A stretch of DNA of 64,000 nucleotides from Bacteroidia bacterium (GTDB lineage Bacteria > Bacteroidota > Bacteroidia > Bacteroidales > CAJPTX01). The DNA is taken from NCBI GenBank assembly GCA_905373475.1, contig CAJPTC010000008.1, positions 490-64,489 on the forward strand. The letters run 5' to 3'. Positions 30,319 to 39,942 of the stretch are shown here, piece after piece (within the stretch, counting starts at the first letter, position 1; every line of letters starts with the position of its first letter). The translations under genes and the position numbers were made by a program. The notes beneath the pieces are model-generated. The model made no database searches and was not told the origin of the DNA. It saw nothing but the letters and a program-made list of their open reading frames with translations.

Positions 30319-31338
30319 TTATTTCTTCAAAACTTGTATATGACGCGCTTGGTCGCTCCGTAGCGCAATAGTCGTTCCACGAATAAGGTAAGCAGTAGGG
30401 TTGCCCAAAGGGCTCTCGAGGTCAACACTCACGGCACTCCCTTCTACAAATCCTAAATCCTGTAGTCGCCGTCGGTTCGCACCATGGCACGTACCCGCAA
30501 TTCCAAAAACAACAGCTTCTACCCCCAAAGGAAGAGCAGAGAGACGAACAAGGCCTGCGGGAGGCGGCGTGGTCGGTTGCCCAATGTACACTTGTTCGGC
30601 AAGTTCGCGTTCGAGCGAAAACAACTCGCCATCAAAATGCACCGTAACACTTGTGGGCAGACTTCCCGTGAGTTGTATTTTCGCACCTGGATAGAAGCCA
30701 AGCCTATCGAGCATTTCATAGAGCGCTTTATTCTTGTCACCAAGTTGCACCACCTCATACCACCCCAACTCTGTAGCATCCGAAAGCCTTTGTTTGCTTA
30801 CATTCTCTGTTTGCTCCTTTCGCTGCCATATCGGGTCACCATGTGGGTCTGTCTGCGGATAGCCAAGCGTACGAGCCAGATTTTCAGCCGCCGAGTCGTC
30901 TAGTACGTGCTCCATTCTTTCTGCAATACTGTGCCATTCGCTAGGCGGAATTCCTGTGCGCTCACACAGATACGTTTCGTATAAGCGGTGACGTCGCAAC
31001 AAGTTCTCGGCTGCACGGTTGCCCGAAACAGTGAGTTGAAACGAGGGAGGAACTACAAACTGGCGCAGTGCAAGCGCATTTAGGGCAGCATCTACCTTGG
31101 CAGGAGGAATAGCATAGAAAGTGGAATAGTCGGCAACTGAAATACCTTCTGTATGCGTGTAAAGATACTTTAGCAAATCCTCTTCAAGCTCCTTTTGCGA
31201 CGAGACGGGTTTGTGTTGCCGCAAAAAGGGCGTACGATAAAGGTTTGTATTCTCTAGAGTGCGCATCCGACGCATCCAGAGGTAGAGAAGGAAAAGTAAG
31301 ACGGCAATGCTAAGCATTGCTCCTATAGAGGTCCCCAT
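30319..31338 (-). CDS. Membrane-anchored DtxR/MntR-family metalloregulator fused to two FeoA (SH3-like) domains
   Basis: An N-terminal TM helix ([17 protein letters not shown]) is followed by a DtxR-like wHTH and dimerisation/metal-site block ([10 protein letters not shown]...[12 protein letters not shown]...DPHGDPI). Two FeoA-like modules follow. Confidence 0.7.
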   Translation of the reverse strand: MGTSIGAMLSIAVLLFLLYLWMRRMRTLENTNLYRTPFLRQHKPVSSQKELEEDLLKYLYTHTEGISVADYSTFYAIPPAKVDAALNALALRQFVVPPSFQLTVSGNRAAENLLRRHRLYETYLCERTGIPPSEWHSIAERMEHVLDDSAAENLARTLGYPQTDPHGDPIWQRKEQTENVSKQRLSDATELGWYEVVQLGDKNKALYEMLDRLGFYPGAKIQLTGSLPTSVTVHFDGELFSLERELAEQVYIGQPTTPPPAGLVRLSALPLGVEAVVFGIAGTCHGANRRRLQDLGFVEGSAVSVDLESPLGNPTAYLIRGTTIALRSDQARHIQVLKK

Positions 31339-31802
31339 TTGCGTAACTTTCTACACAAAGATAAGAAAAACGGTAGTTATTTAGAGAGAATTTAGAATAG
31401 ATAGTAAGGGGCAATAGAAACAAAGAATATGCGCTCTCTTATACAAAGTGCAGTATGCACTGCAAAACGAATAGCCAAAATGACCTGTATACCGTGATTA
31501 CATGAATATTATATTACGTCCTTACAAACTGAAATACGGTAAAATGAAAACAGAATAAACGCTATTTGTGCTTCTCAACTAAATAAAGAATACGACTAAA
31601 AAAGTATATTTCCCTAAATATTGCACAATGAGTAAATACGAACTACCTTATTTTATAGGCGAATAGTGGGCTATAATTTGTGTAAGTGCAACAGGATGCG
31701 CAACTAGGGTACAAATCCGTGTTGAAATGGGATATGTTAGATGTTTGGGGCTACAAAATTTGTACTATAATTGCACTGCATAAAGCTGAGTGAAAGAGCA
31801 TC

Positions 31803-32132
31803 ATGGCAATAGAAAAACAAGGAGGTAAGAAGCGGATTCTTACCAGTTACGACAAACTCTCTGACGAGCTCCTCGAGCTCTTTGCGCAGACCTACCCTCA
31901 CGGTTACCGCGATGCTGTAGTGCCTGTCACGAAGCCCAATGGGGAGACTATCTACGTAGTACGCATTGAGACCGAGGAGGTCTCGTACTTAGTACGCGTA
32001 GAGGTAAAAATCGATGCCGCGGGAGACTACGAGGAGGAAGAGAACGATTCGTACGAAAGCGAAAATGAGCCTATCGAGGCAGCCGATCAGTTTGCAGACG
32101 AGAAGGATGATGAGGATAGCGATTTTGACTAG
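31803..32132 (+). CDS. Small hypothetical protein with a strongly acidic C-terminal tail
   Basis: The 109-aa ORF has clean coding-like composition and is followed by a terminator. I recognise no family. Confidence 0.5.
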   Translation: MAIEKQGGKKRILTSYDKLSDELLELFAQTYPHGYRDAVVPVTKPNGETIYVVRIETEEVSYLVRVEVKIDAAGDYEEEENDSYESENEPIEAADQFADEKDDEDSDFD

Positions 32133-32164
32133 CGAGTCGGCATCACTGTTCTGAAAGACATTGG

Positions 32165-32192
32165 GGGATGGGCTTTGAGTCCATCCCTTTTT
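32165..32192 (+). terminator. Rho-independent terminator
   Basis: The stem GGGATGG/CCATCCC is followed by TTTTT. Confidence 0.55.
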
Positions 32193-32215
32193 GTTGGTGT
32201 TTATACCACGGCGTA

Positions 32216-34642
32216 CTAGAATCCTGCTGCAATGCAAAAACCTATACCAAAGTTCTGCTTGTACTTAAACGGCGTAGAGGGGAGAGCACGGAAAACGCCA
32301 AGAATCGTTAATCGGGAGGGTAATATTCCGCTTGTGAAAAGCGCAGTAAATCCAAGTCCTGCTTCCACAATTCCATTGGAAAATGAGGGCGCATCGAAGC
32401 CATAGCGCGTATAGTCGCGCAGTTGTTTCCCCCAAGCAGCGTTGAGCATAGAAGCAAGACCAAGATGCAGATCCCCTAACGAGAGGGCTTGCCATGGGAG
32501 TGTGCTATAGAGTGCGTGGAAATGGCAATAAAGGTCGTTATAGTACTTATCGCTCGGTATGGTAGAAAAACTAGTTCCATCCACAAGCACATCATCCATT
32601 TTCCGCCCTATACCGCGGTTTGTGTACCCATAGGCTAAAGGGTATGTGCCCAAAATAATACCACTGCTGGCGGTGGCTAGCAAATGACCGTAGGAGGCAC
32701 TGTACCAATCACCATAAATGGAGGCTTCGCCTTTTACAAATTGTTTGTGCCAAGCCTCCGTATTGACTCCATGTTCAATTTGTAACTGCATACGGTACGG
32801 AGCGGTTCGATACGGAATGAGCCCATTGTAGAAATAGGTGTATTGCTCATTAGGAGCGTAAGAAAAGGTAAGACGAGAGTGTAAAAGCTGGTAGGGGTCG
32901 GTAAGGCGTTGCGGGTATCCCCATGCGCTGTTATTGTGGTTATCTACGTAGGAGCACGCTACCTGCAAATGAACGGGGATGTGCAAAGTCAGTGTAGCTC
33001 CATAGCGCACTTCGCGATCCATACGCCTACGATAGATATTGTTTAAGGGGATTGTTGATAGCATACTTATATACATCAGGTCTTGTGTATGTCCTACTGG
33101 GCGCAAATCGTTCGAATAGTGGAGCTGTAGGTCTAACCCATTCTCTTGGTTGAGGCGTAACAAGAGGTTGCCACCATATTTGTGCCCTTCGTCGCGAAAA
33201 CCATAAGCATAGTAGCCCCCGAGGCGAAACCTTTGAGAAACTTTATCGGAGGTCTCAAGACCAATGCCTAGTCGCGAACCCTCAAACTGGTTGAAACCCC
33301 AAATTTGGTTTAACACAATCTGCGCATAGCCTATCCTTATGCGCCCTGTGGCAAGGACTTCAATAAAAGTAAGATACTTATCGAAGTGATATTTTTCGCC
33401 AATACTATCAACAAGTTCAAATGTGCGAGTTTCGGCAACATTGAGCGGTTCTATTTTGTGGAGCTCAAGAATACTGTCGCGTTCGCGCTCAGGGATAGGT
33501 TCGTAGGAGATGGCAATGCGACGAGAGTGCTTAAGGGGCGCAATACGGGTTGTCTTGATATCGCGCACTGCGGTGATTGACTCTATCTGGAGAACTGTCA
33601 TGGAGTCGCGCAGCGCTACGTAGTACTCGTCAGGAAACCAACGTCCCGTAGTAGGATCTACTTTATACCGATGATGCAACTGATAGCCTAGCGGGAAATC
33701 GTCGCGCCCATTACCATTCACCGCGATCTTTTCAAGTGCCAGCTCCTTGCTGCCTATTACCAGCGATCCCGTTAAAAGGTTCTCGCCCAGACGACGCGGA
33801 GAGAAGCTGATCTGAAAAAGCGAATCGCCTTGCGAGAGGAGTATCGTATCTTGTATGTGATAGCGGTAGCGGCGTAGCCCTGCCGTTGAATAAGGGTTGA
33901 TGTATTTTTCCCCGAGCAGAATGACTTCTTCTTCGTAAAACGAAGAGGGTTGAATCATAGCAGAGAGGTAGGTGACGCGCGGATTCTTCGTTCCGCTGGT
34001 ATGCGTAGAAAGAACTACGTCAACGGGGAGCTTGCCACGTGCATGGTCGTGGCGTGTAAGCGACTCGCTGAGGAAAAAGAGAATGCGATTTTCGGAAGGG
34101 TCGCCAAAACGCTCGAACTTAGGCCAATCGGGGTCTTGAAGGGTAGAGCTGTCTAGCCGCATACTTGCACGTAACTTGCTATAATTGAGGTAGGTGTACT
34201 GCGGGAGAGTGGCAGGATCATGCTGGGCTTTAAGCGCAAGAGAGCGTTCAAGCAGGAGCACAGCAGGGTTTACAGTGGGGGTGATAATCACTTGTTCAAT
34301 AGCGCGATTCTCGCTACGGAGAAGGAGGTCTAGTTTTTGCACTGAGTCCTTCCACGAAACACTGAACGAACGCTTACGGTAACCCAAGTGAGTTACTTCT
34401 AGGTTGGTAATGGGCTGTGAGGCGGTTATATCGTAATAACCATTAACGTCGGTTAGTAGCCCTTGCCCCGAAGTGCCATAAGTTACTACTGCGAACGGAA
34501 GGGCTTCTTTGGTTTTCCGATCCAGTACCTGACCGTGTATTCTGTATTGTGATTGTGCGTGTACTGAGGAGTTGAATATAAGGGCTATAAGTAGAGAGAA
34601 AATGAGAAGCCCTCGGTTACTTCTTCTCTTTCTGTTCTGCAT
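32216..34642 (-). CDS. Carboxypeptidase-regulatory-like domain plus DUF5686-type outer-membrane protein
   Basis: A signal peptide is followed by the CarboxypepD_reg-like start YRIHGQVLDRKTKEALPFAVV...TDVNGYY. The product is 808 aa with a beta-rich, aromatic C-terminus. Confidence 0.6.
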   Translation of the reverse strand: MQNRKRRSNRGLLIFSLLIALIFNSSVHAQSQYRIHGQVLDRKTKEALPFAVVTYGTSGQGLLTDVNGYYDITASQPITNLEVTHLGYRKRSFSVSWKDSVQKLDLLLRSENRAIEQVIITPTVNPAVLLLERSLALKAQHDPATLPQYTYLNYSKLRASMRLDSSTLQDPDWPKFERFGDPSENRILFFLSESLTRHDHARGKLPVDVVLSTHTSGTKNPRVTYLSAMIQPSSFYEEEVILLGEKYINPYSTAGLRRYRYHIQDTILLSQGDSLFQISFSPRRLGENLLTGSLVIGSKELALEKIAVNGNGRDDFPLGYQLHHRYKVDPTTGRWFPDEYYVALRDSMTVLQIESITAVRDIKTTRIAPLKHSRRIAISYEPIPERERDSILELHKIEPLNVAETRTFELVDSIGEKYHFDKYLTFIEVLATGRIRIGYAQIVLNQIWGFNQFEGSRLGIGLETSDKVSQRFRLGGYYAYGFRDEGHKYGGNLLLRLNQENGLDLQLHYSNDLRPVGHTQDLMYISMLSTIPLNNIYRRRMDREVRYGATLTLHIPVHLQVACSYVDNHNNSAWGYPQRLTDPYQLLHSRLTFSYAPNEQYTYFYNGLIPYRTAPYRMQLQIEHGVNTEAWHKQFVKGEASIYGDWYSASYGHLLATASSGIILGTYPLAYGYTNRGIGRKMDDVLVDGTSFSTIPSDKYYNDLYCHFHALYSTLPWQALSLGDLHLGLASMLNAAWGKQLRDYTRYGFDAPSFSNGIVEAGLGFTALFTSGILPSRLTILGVFRALPSTPFKYKQNFGIGFCIAAGF

Positions 34643-35087
34643 GGAAGTCTAACGAGGCTGAGTTGATACAATAGCGGTTGCCTGTGGCAGTAGGACCATC
34701 GGGGAAGATATGCCCTAAGTGCGCATTGCAGTTTGCGCAGCGTACTTCAATGCGGTGCATGCCATGCGAGTAGTCTTGTATAAAGACTACGTGCTCGCGT
34801 TCGGCAGGCGCATCAAAACTAGGCCAGCCGCAAGGAGAATCAAATTTAGCCTCGGAGGTAAAAAGAAGCTGTCCGCACACAATGCAATGATATGTACCTT
34901 TCGCACGATGCTGATAGTAAATGCCCGTAAAGGGACGCTCTGTAGCCCCCTCCTGAGTTACAGATGCTTGCAGAGGCGTTAGTTCTTTAATTCGCCTTTG
35001 TTTCTCGTCGTTCGTCATACCACGCTGCTGTGTTTGGGGTTGCAGGATAACGCAAACCAGTTGAAGCAGAAAAAGAAAGACACTCAT
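34617..35087 (-). CDS. msrB: Peptide-methionine (R)-S-oxide reductase
   Basis: It has the zinc CxxC pairs (CIVCGQ, CANCNAH), CGWPSF and the catalytic RxCxN. Two ATGs are possible. The one at 35087 adds a hydrophobic, signal-like 23 aa, and the one at 35018 gives a typical cytosolic N-terminus. The 3' end overlaps the next gene by 26 nt. Confidence 0.85.
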   Translation of the reverse strand: MSVFLFLLQLVCVILQPQTQQRGMTNDEKQRRIKELTPLQASVTQEGATERPFTGIYYQHRAKGTYHCIVCGQLLFTSEAKFDSPCGWPSFDAPAEREHVVFIQDYSHGMHRIEVRCANCNAHLGHIFPDGPTATGNRYCINSASLDFHAEQKEKK

Positions 35088-35158
35088 TAGTTCCTCATCT
35101 TATAGAAGCTAATTTAGCAATTATTTCGTGTACGAGAAATTCGATACCTCACTGTCCT

Positions 35159-35195
35159 AAAAAAGCGCGGACACCGTAGAAACGATGTCCGCGCT
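35159..35195 (-). terminator. Rho-independent terminator after the SusD-like gene
   Basis: The stem GCGCGGACA/TGTCCGCGC is followed by TTTTTT on the minus strand. Confidence 0.65.
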
Positions 35196-35261
35196 TTACA
35201 TTTACATTATCGCTAGTAGCACTTCTTAAAACAAGTTGTACACTAGTATCACAACTATTGG

Positions 35262-36752
35262 CTACCAACCAGGATTCTGCTTCAGCGCAGGATTGCAGAT
35301 GATATCGTGGTGCGGAATGGGCCATATAAATTTCGGATCGTTGTTTGGGCGATCCAACGCTATATACGACTCACTGGGTAGAACACTCAAGAACTCCTCA
35401 TCTTGCGGATCGTGACGACGGCAAGGCAGCTCCCAACGACGAAGGTCAAACAAACGGAAGCCTTCAAAAGCCAACTCCCGTGTACGCTCTGCACGGATTG
35501 CATCGCGCAAAGCATCTGATGTTAAAGTAACTGCTGTAAGACCACGACTCCCGCGCAAAGCATTCAAGTAGGACAACGCCACTGCTTCCTGTCCTGACTC
35601 CATGGCAGCCTCAGCGGCAATTATATACTGTTCGGCAATGCGGAAAGGCTTAGGAAGATGACGATAGTTCAATCTCCCGTCTTGGTCAAAAATCCGATTC
35701 CCAGGGAATTTATTCACCGCCCATGCCTTAGTAGCATAGGGCACATCGTCCACATTCAAAAGCTGCTCATTTGTGAAATAAACACTTTTGCGCCAGTCAC
35801 TGTCCTCGTACAAATCAATCACCCACTTTGAAGGAAGCCAGTCGGGTTGCATTATCAAACCACGCTCACGTTTGCGCGCCAACAAAGGGTACATGCTCTG
35901 TGTGAGCTCATTCCCCGCATAATCGCCGTAGAGCATCATAATACTCTCATCCATCGGGCGATCTTCGTGCCAATAGCGCTCTACATCCGTAGCCGAGGCT
36001 AACAACGAATACTTGCCGAGGCTTATCAAATCATTAGCCGCCTCCAGCGCCGTAGCATAATCTTTCATGGTTAGTGCCACACGTGCCTTCAGCGCTTTTA
36101 CCACATCGCGCGTTACTTCGTCAGAACTTGCTACACCTTCCTTCTTAGAAAGGAATCTGCGTGCTGCCTCCAGATCCTCTAGAATATGGTCAAAAATCTC
36201 CTTTTGGCTTGCGCGCGGCGTTTGCGCATTGAGATTAAGCTGCCCTACCCACGGTACACAGAGTTCATCTGGATTGTAGGGACGAGACCAACGCAGCGCC
36301 AACTCGTGATAGCAATATGCTCGGAAAAAATGTGCTGCCCCTTTGGCAATCGTCACAGTATCCGCCTCTCCCGCAGTTTTAGGCTTGTAGCTCTCTACTT
36401 TATCTAGGAAGAAGTTTACATTCCGAATTGTAGCATAGTAAGCCAGATAGACATCTCCCACTGAGGCTTCGGAAGCATGAAAATCATTCCAACGATGCGT
36501 ATAGTGCCTATTTCCAAACGTTTTTGTGGCATTCAGCATATCGGCTTGGTACTCCTGCAATAGCGTGAAATTGCCGTACTGTAGTGTGCGGAAATAGGAA
36601 TAGAAACCATAGTACCACGACAACAGATCGCGCTTGTTTTCTAACGAACGTTCTTTTACAATAGCTTGCGGTGGCTCGAGATCTTTCGTACAAGACCATA
36701 GCGAAAACACACTCAAAGACACCAAAAGGAACAATATATAGCGTTTCATCAT
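35262..36752 (-). CDS. RagB/SusD-family nutrient-binding outer-membrane lipoprotein
   Basis: It has a lipoprotein signal (SVFSLWSC), a TPR-like SusD architecture and the typical C-terminal ...NPALKQNPGW. It lies directly downstream of the SusC-like gene. Confidence 0.85.
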   Translation of the reverse strand: MMKRYILFLLVSLSVFSLWSCTKDLEPPQAIVKERSLENKRDLLSWYYGFYSYFRTLQYGNFTLLQEYQADMLNATKTFGNRHYTHRWNDFHASEASVGDVYLAYYATIRNVNFFLDKVESYKPKTAGEADTVTIAKGAAHFFRAYCYHELALRWSRPYNPDELCVPWVGQLNLNAQTPRASQKEIFDHILEDLEAARRFLSKKEGVASSDEVTRDVVKALKARVALTMKDYATALEAANDLISLGKYSLLASATDVERYWHEDRPMDESIMMLYGDYAGNELTQSMYPLLARKRERGLIMQPDWLPSKWVIDLYEDSDWRKSVYFTNEQLLNVDDVPYATKAWAVNKFPGNRIFDQDGRLNYRHLPKPFRIAEQYIIAAEAAMESGQEAVALSYLNALRGSRGLTAVTLTSDALRDAIRAERTRELAFEGFRLFDLRRWELPCRRHDPQDEEFLSVLPSESYIALDRPNNDPKFIWPIPHHDIICNPALKQNPGW

Positions 36753-36767
36753 TATCTCCTCCTACTC

Positions 36768-39746
36768 CTAGAACTTTAATTCTACCCCTACTGCAAACTG
36801 ACGTGTACTCGGGTTAGCTCCCAAAGAAGTATTGATTGGGAGCTCGGGATCTGGACCACGAAAACTCGTAAAAGTCAACAAATTACGCCCTGTTACGTAG
36901 AGCTTGCCCGAGGAGAAAAAGCGTGTACGTGCCATCCATTCTTTCGGGAAAACATAACCAATTGTCAAATTCTTCCAGCGTAAGAACGAGGCATCTTCCA
37001 AGAAACGATCGTCCGCCTGCGTCCACGAATATTGCGTTGACGGGAAATCGGCTATATCACCTGGCTGCTTCCAATATTTTTTGGTCAGCACTTCGCGCGA
37101 TAGATTCTGTAACTCGTGCGCAATAGGGTCGGTCAGCCACATACGGTCATTATTAAACATCCACTTCCCAAGCTCAAAATTGAAATCGCACTGAACGTAG
37201 AATCCCATCAAATCGGCGTTGAAACCAAAACCTCCCTTCATAGGCGCATTCACAGGTTTGCCCGTCAATTGTTCCAAACTGCTCTTAAAGTCGGAGGTTA
37301 CTTGATTCGGATTCGTCTGCGTAGCGCTCAAATCATTCTCATCGGGAAGATACCATTGAGGTTTCCCATCATCTGGGTTTACACGGTAAAAACGCGGGAA
37401 ACAGAATTCAACAGGATGCCCCTTAGCATAAGCAACCCCCGAACCTGGAATTACCCAATAGTTGCGTCCCCCGAAAAGCTCCTCTATGCGTTGACGGTTG
37501 TAGTTGAAAGTGATGTAGGGCGTAATATTATTCCCCTTTGCATCGTGCCAAACAACTGCGTCTAACCGAATATCAATCCCCGTATTGGAGAGTGTACCCA
37601 CATTCGAGAAGAGTTCTCTAAAGCCTGTTGTATAGGGAACAGGTTTATCAAGATACATGCTACTGGTCAGACGACGGTAGAAGGAGATATCGCCGCGCAG
37701 AAAGTCAAAAATTCCGAACGCAACCCCCGCGGTCATCTTCAACTGCTTTTCCCACGTAAGATCTGGGTTACCCGCAGTTCCTATCGTGAATGTCTGATTA
37801 CCCTTATACGGAGTAAAAGTTTGTACTAACGACTGGTGCAGATAGTTCTCCTTCCAATCTAGGTCGGGGTAAGAGGAGTTACCACTAGTCCCAATGCTAA
37901 ATTTCACATCCAAACGGTCAAGCCAACGGACTGTCTGTAAAACTCGTTCGTGCTTAGCCTTCCACATTCCACCCACAGACCAGAAAATCGCGTTGCGGTT
38001 ATCGCGACCAAAACGAGAAGAAGCATCGTTACGCAACGAAGCATCTACAAAATAACGGCTATCGTAGTCGTATTCCAAGCGCCCAAAGAAGGAGTTGTAC
38101 CAGTTTTCGTACCAACTACTCGAGCCGCGGAAAGTCTTAGCATTATCCAAAAGGAGGAGACGGTCGTCCGACATCCGAGTGCCACTCACAAATAGGGTCT
38201 TCGTATACCCATAAATATATTCGTGCCCTAACAGTGGGGTTATATGGTGTTTCTCTCTCCAAGTCATACGATACTCGGCAGTAGTCGTAATTGTAGAAAG
38301 TGTTGAGGCACGCTCTGTTTCACTGCCTCGCCCCGCTCCATCGCCTGCAAAACTGGGCAAAAGGCGCGAATAGAAATGATAAGCATTGGCTTCAACCCCT
38401 GCCTGCGTTTTAACCGTTAAACCTTGCAAAGGCTCTATCGATACATAGCCCGATGCTGTCAGACTCGGGCTCGTATACCAGTTAATGCGCATCTTATCTA
38501 TATAGCTACGACTATACATATTCGTGCCTGGTATCTTCTGCCCTTCTATCTCGTTTCCATTTGCATCATACGGCGATAGGTAGGGGCGTATAGAACTTAC
38601 CAAACCCACATCCGATGTACGCCCATCTTGGTTCGTATGCGTCTCGGCATAGTTCAAGCCCGTATTAGCGCCCATCCGAAGCCAACTCTTCATCTTCGTG
38701 TTAACATTGATACGGGCGTTATAGCGATTGTAAGATGACCCTTGGCGCAACCCTTGCGAATAGTAATATCCGCCCGATACATAATATGAGGTAGCACCAC
38801 TCATCCCTTGGAACGATATATCTGCCGTATGCGTAGGTGTATACTGGTTGTATACATATTTCCACCACTCAAAAGTATTGTCGCCATACGTATTGCGCAA
38901 TGATTGCACCTGTGCATCAGTCAGACGCCCAATCTCTTTCTGAAAATTGTAATACTCGGGGGTAGAGAGATGATCTTCATAGAACTTATCGGAAGCCAGC
39001 ATACTCACCCCATATGAAGCACGCAAATTCACGTTACCACTCTCCTCTGTCGAGCGCCCTTGTTTGGTAGTAATGTAAACCACCCCATTGGCAGCACGCG
39101 AACCATAGATAGACGTAGCCGATGCATCTGTAAGCACGTCAACACGCTCAAAATCATTGGAATTGAGACCTGCGATACTGTTAACAGGAATCCCATCTAC
39201 TACGTACAACGGCTCCGTATTCCCTTTCAAAGAACCAGCACCATGCAGCGTAAGCGAAGCTCTTGCCGAGGGTTCACCACCCATCGTCAATACCGAAAGT
39301 CCTGCCACTTGCCCCGCCAGAGCATCTAATGCATTTGCCGTGGGACGTTCTTGCAACTTCTTTTGATCTACACTGGCTAATTTACCAACGGTCGAACTTA
39401 TTTTGCGCCCCGTACCATAACCCACTACAACCACTTGGTCTATCTCCTCATTCGCGGTTTGCATCACTACGTTAATCGTGGTTTGTTCGCCTACACGTAT
39501 CTCCTGCGTCTCATAGCCCGTATAGGCAAAAACGAGTACCGTCTCTGCACTAGGAACTGTTATTGAGTACTTACCATCGAGATCGGTCACTACGCCCCGT
39601 TGCGTCCCCTTAATCTGTATTGCCAACTGAGGCAAAGGCTGACCATCGTCTGCCGCCGTGACTACCCCTGTTACACTCCGCTGCTGTGCATACGCAACAA
39701 CGGTTAGAAACAGGGCAACGAAACACGTCAAAATCTTCTTCGTCAT
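36768..39746 (-). CDS. SusC/RagA-family TonB-dependent outer-membrane transporter
   Basis: A signal peptide is followed by a CarboxypepD_reg domain (VTGVVTAADDGQPLP), a plug and a 22-strand barrel ending in the terminal ...VGVELKF. An ATG at 39746 is preferred over the start of the maximal ORF at 39788. Confidence 0.9.
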   Translation of the reverse strand: MTKKILTCFVALFLTVVAYAQQRSVTGVVTAADDGQPLPQLAIQIKGTQRGVVTDLDGKYSITVPSAETVLVFAYTGYETQEIRVGEQTTINVVMQTANEEIDQVVVVGYGTGRKISSTVGKLASVDQKKLQERPTANALDALAGQVAGLSVLTMGGEPSARASLTLHGAGSLKGNTEPLYVVDGIPVNSIAGLNSNDFERVDVLTDASATSIYGSRAANGVVYITTKQGRSTEESGNVNLRASYGVSMLASDKFYEDHLSTPEYYNFQKEIGRLTDAQVQSLRNTYGDNTFEWWKYVYNQYTPTHTADISFQGMSGATSYYVSGGYYYSQGLRQGSSYNRYNARINVNTKMKSWLRMGANTGLNYAETHTNQDGRTSDVGLVSSIRPYLSPYDANGNEIEGQKIPGTNMYSRSYIDKMRINWYTSPSLTASGYVSIEPLQGLTVKTQAGVEANAYHFYSRLLPSFAGDGAGRGSETERASTLSTITTTAEYRMTWREKHHITPLLGHEYIYGYTKTLFVSGTRMSDDRLLLLDNAKTFRGSSSWYENWYNSFFGRLEYDYDSRYFVDASLRNDASSRFGRDNRNAIFWSVGGMWKAKHERVLQTVRWLDRLDVKFSIGTSGNSSYPDLDWKENYLHQSLVQTFTPYKGNQTFTIGTAGNPDLTWEKQLKMTAGVAFGIFDFLRGDISFYRRLTSSMYLDKPVPYTTGFRELFSNVGTLSNTGIDIRLDAVVWHDAKGNNITPYITFNYNRQRIEELFGGRNYWVIPGSGVAYAKGHPVEFCFPRFYRVNPDDGKPQWYLPDENDLSATQTNPNQVTSDFKSSLEQLTGKPVNAPMKGGFGFNADLMGFYVQCDFNFELGKWMFNNDRMWLTDPIAHELQNLSREVLTKKYWKQPGDIADFPSTQYSWTQADDRFLEDASFLRWKNLTIGYVFPKEWMARTRFFSSGKLYVTGRNLLTFTSFRGPDPELPINTSLGANPSTRQFAVGVELKF

Positions 39747-39942
39747 GTATATCGTATATTTTGTACTTTTTTGACCTAACACTTTCACAAGTTTGGGCGC
39801 AGCAAACCACGCCCCTAGAGATTACAATCCAGAATTTTTACCGACAGCCCTCAAAAGAGAGAAAACCCTATTTAAAAGCGTTCCCTCTCGCATACCTTGG
39901 AGCAAAATTTGTCTTGCTCCCATAGCACTATCTAACTGTCGC

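Noticed and set aside
34617-35087. Selenocysteine (in-frame TGA) usage in msrB, selD or other genes, given the presence of selD
   Set aside because: MsrB has Cys at the catalytic position (RCANCN) and SelD has Cys in its glycine-rich loop. No long ORF in the window looks split by a single TGA.
39898-39921. The hairpin GGAGCAA-N8-TTGCTCC between the sensor-phosphatase stop and the susC start, considered as a terminator
   Set aside because: It could attenuate read-through, but no T run follows it on the minus strand. I did not list it as a feature.
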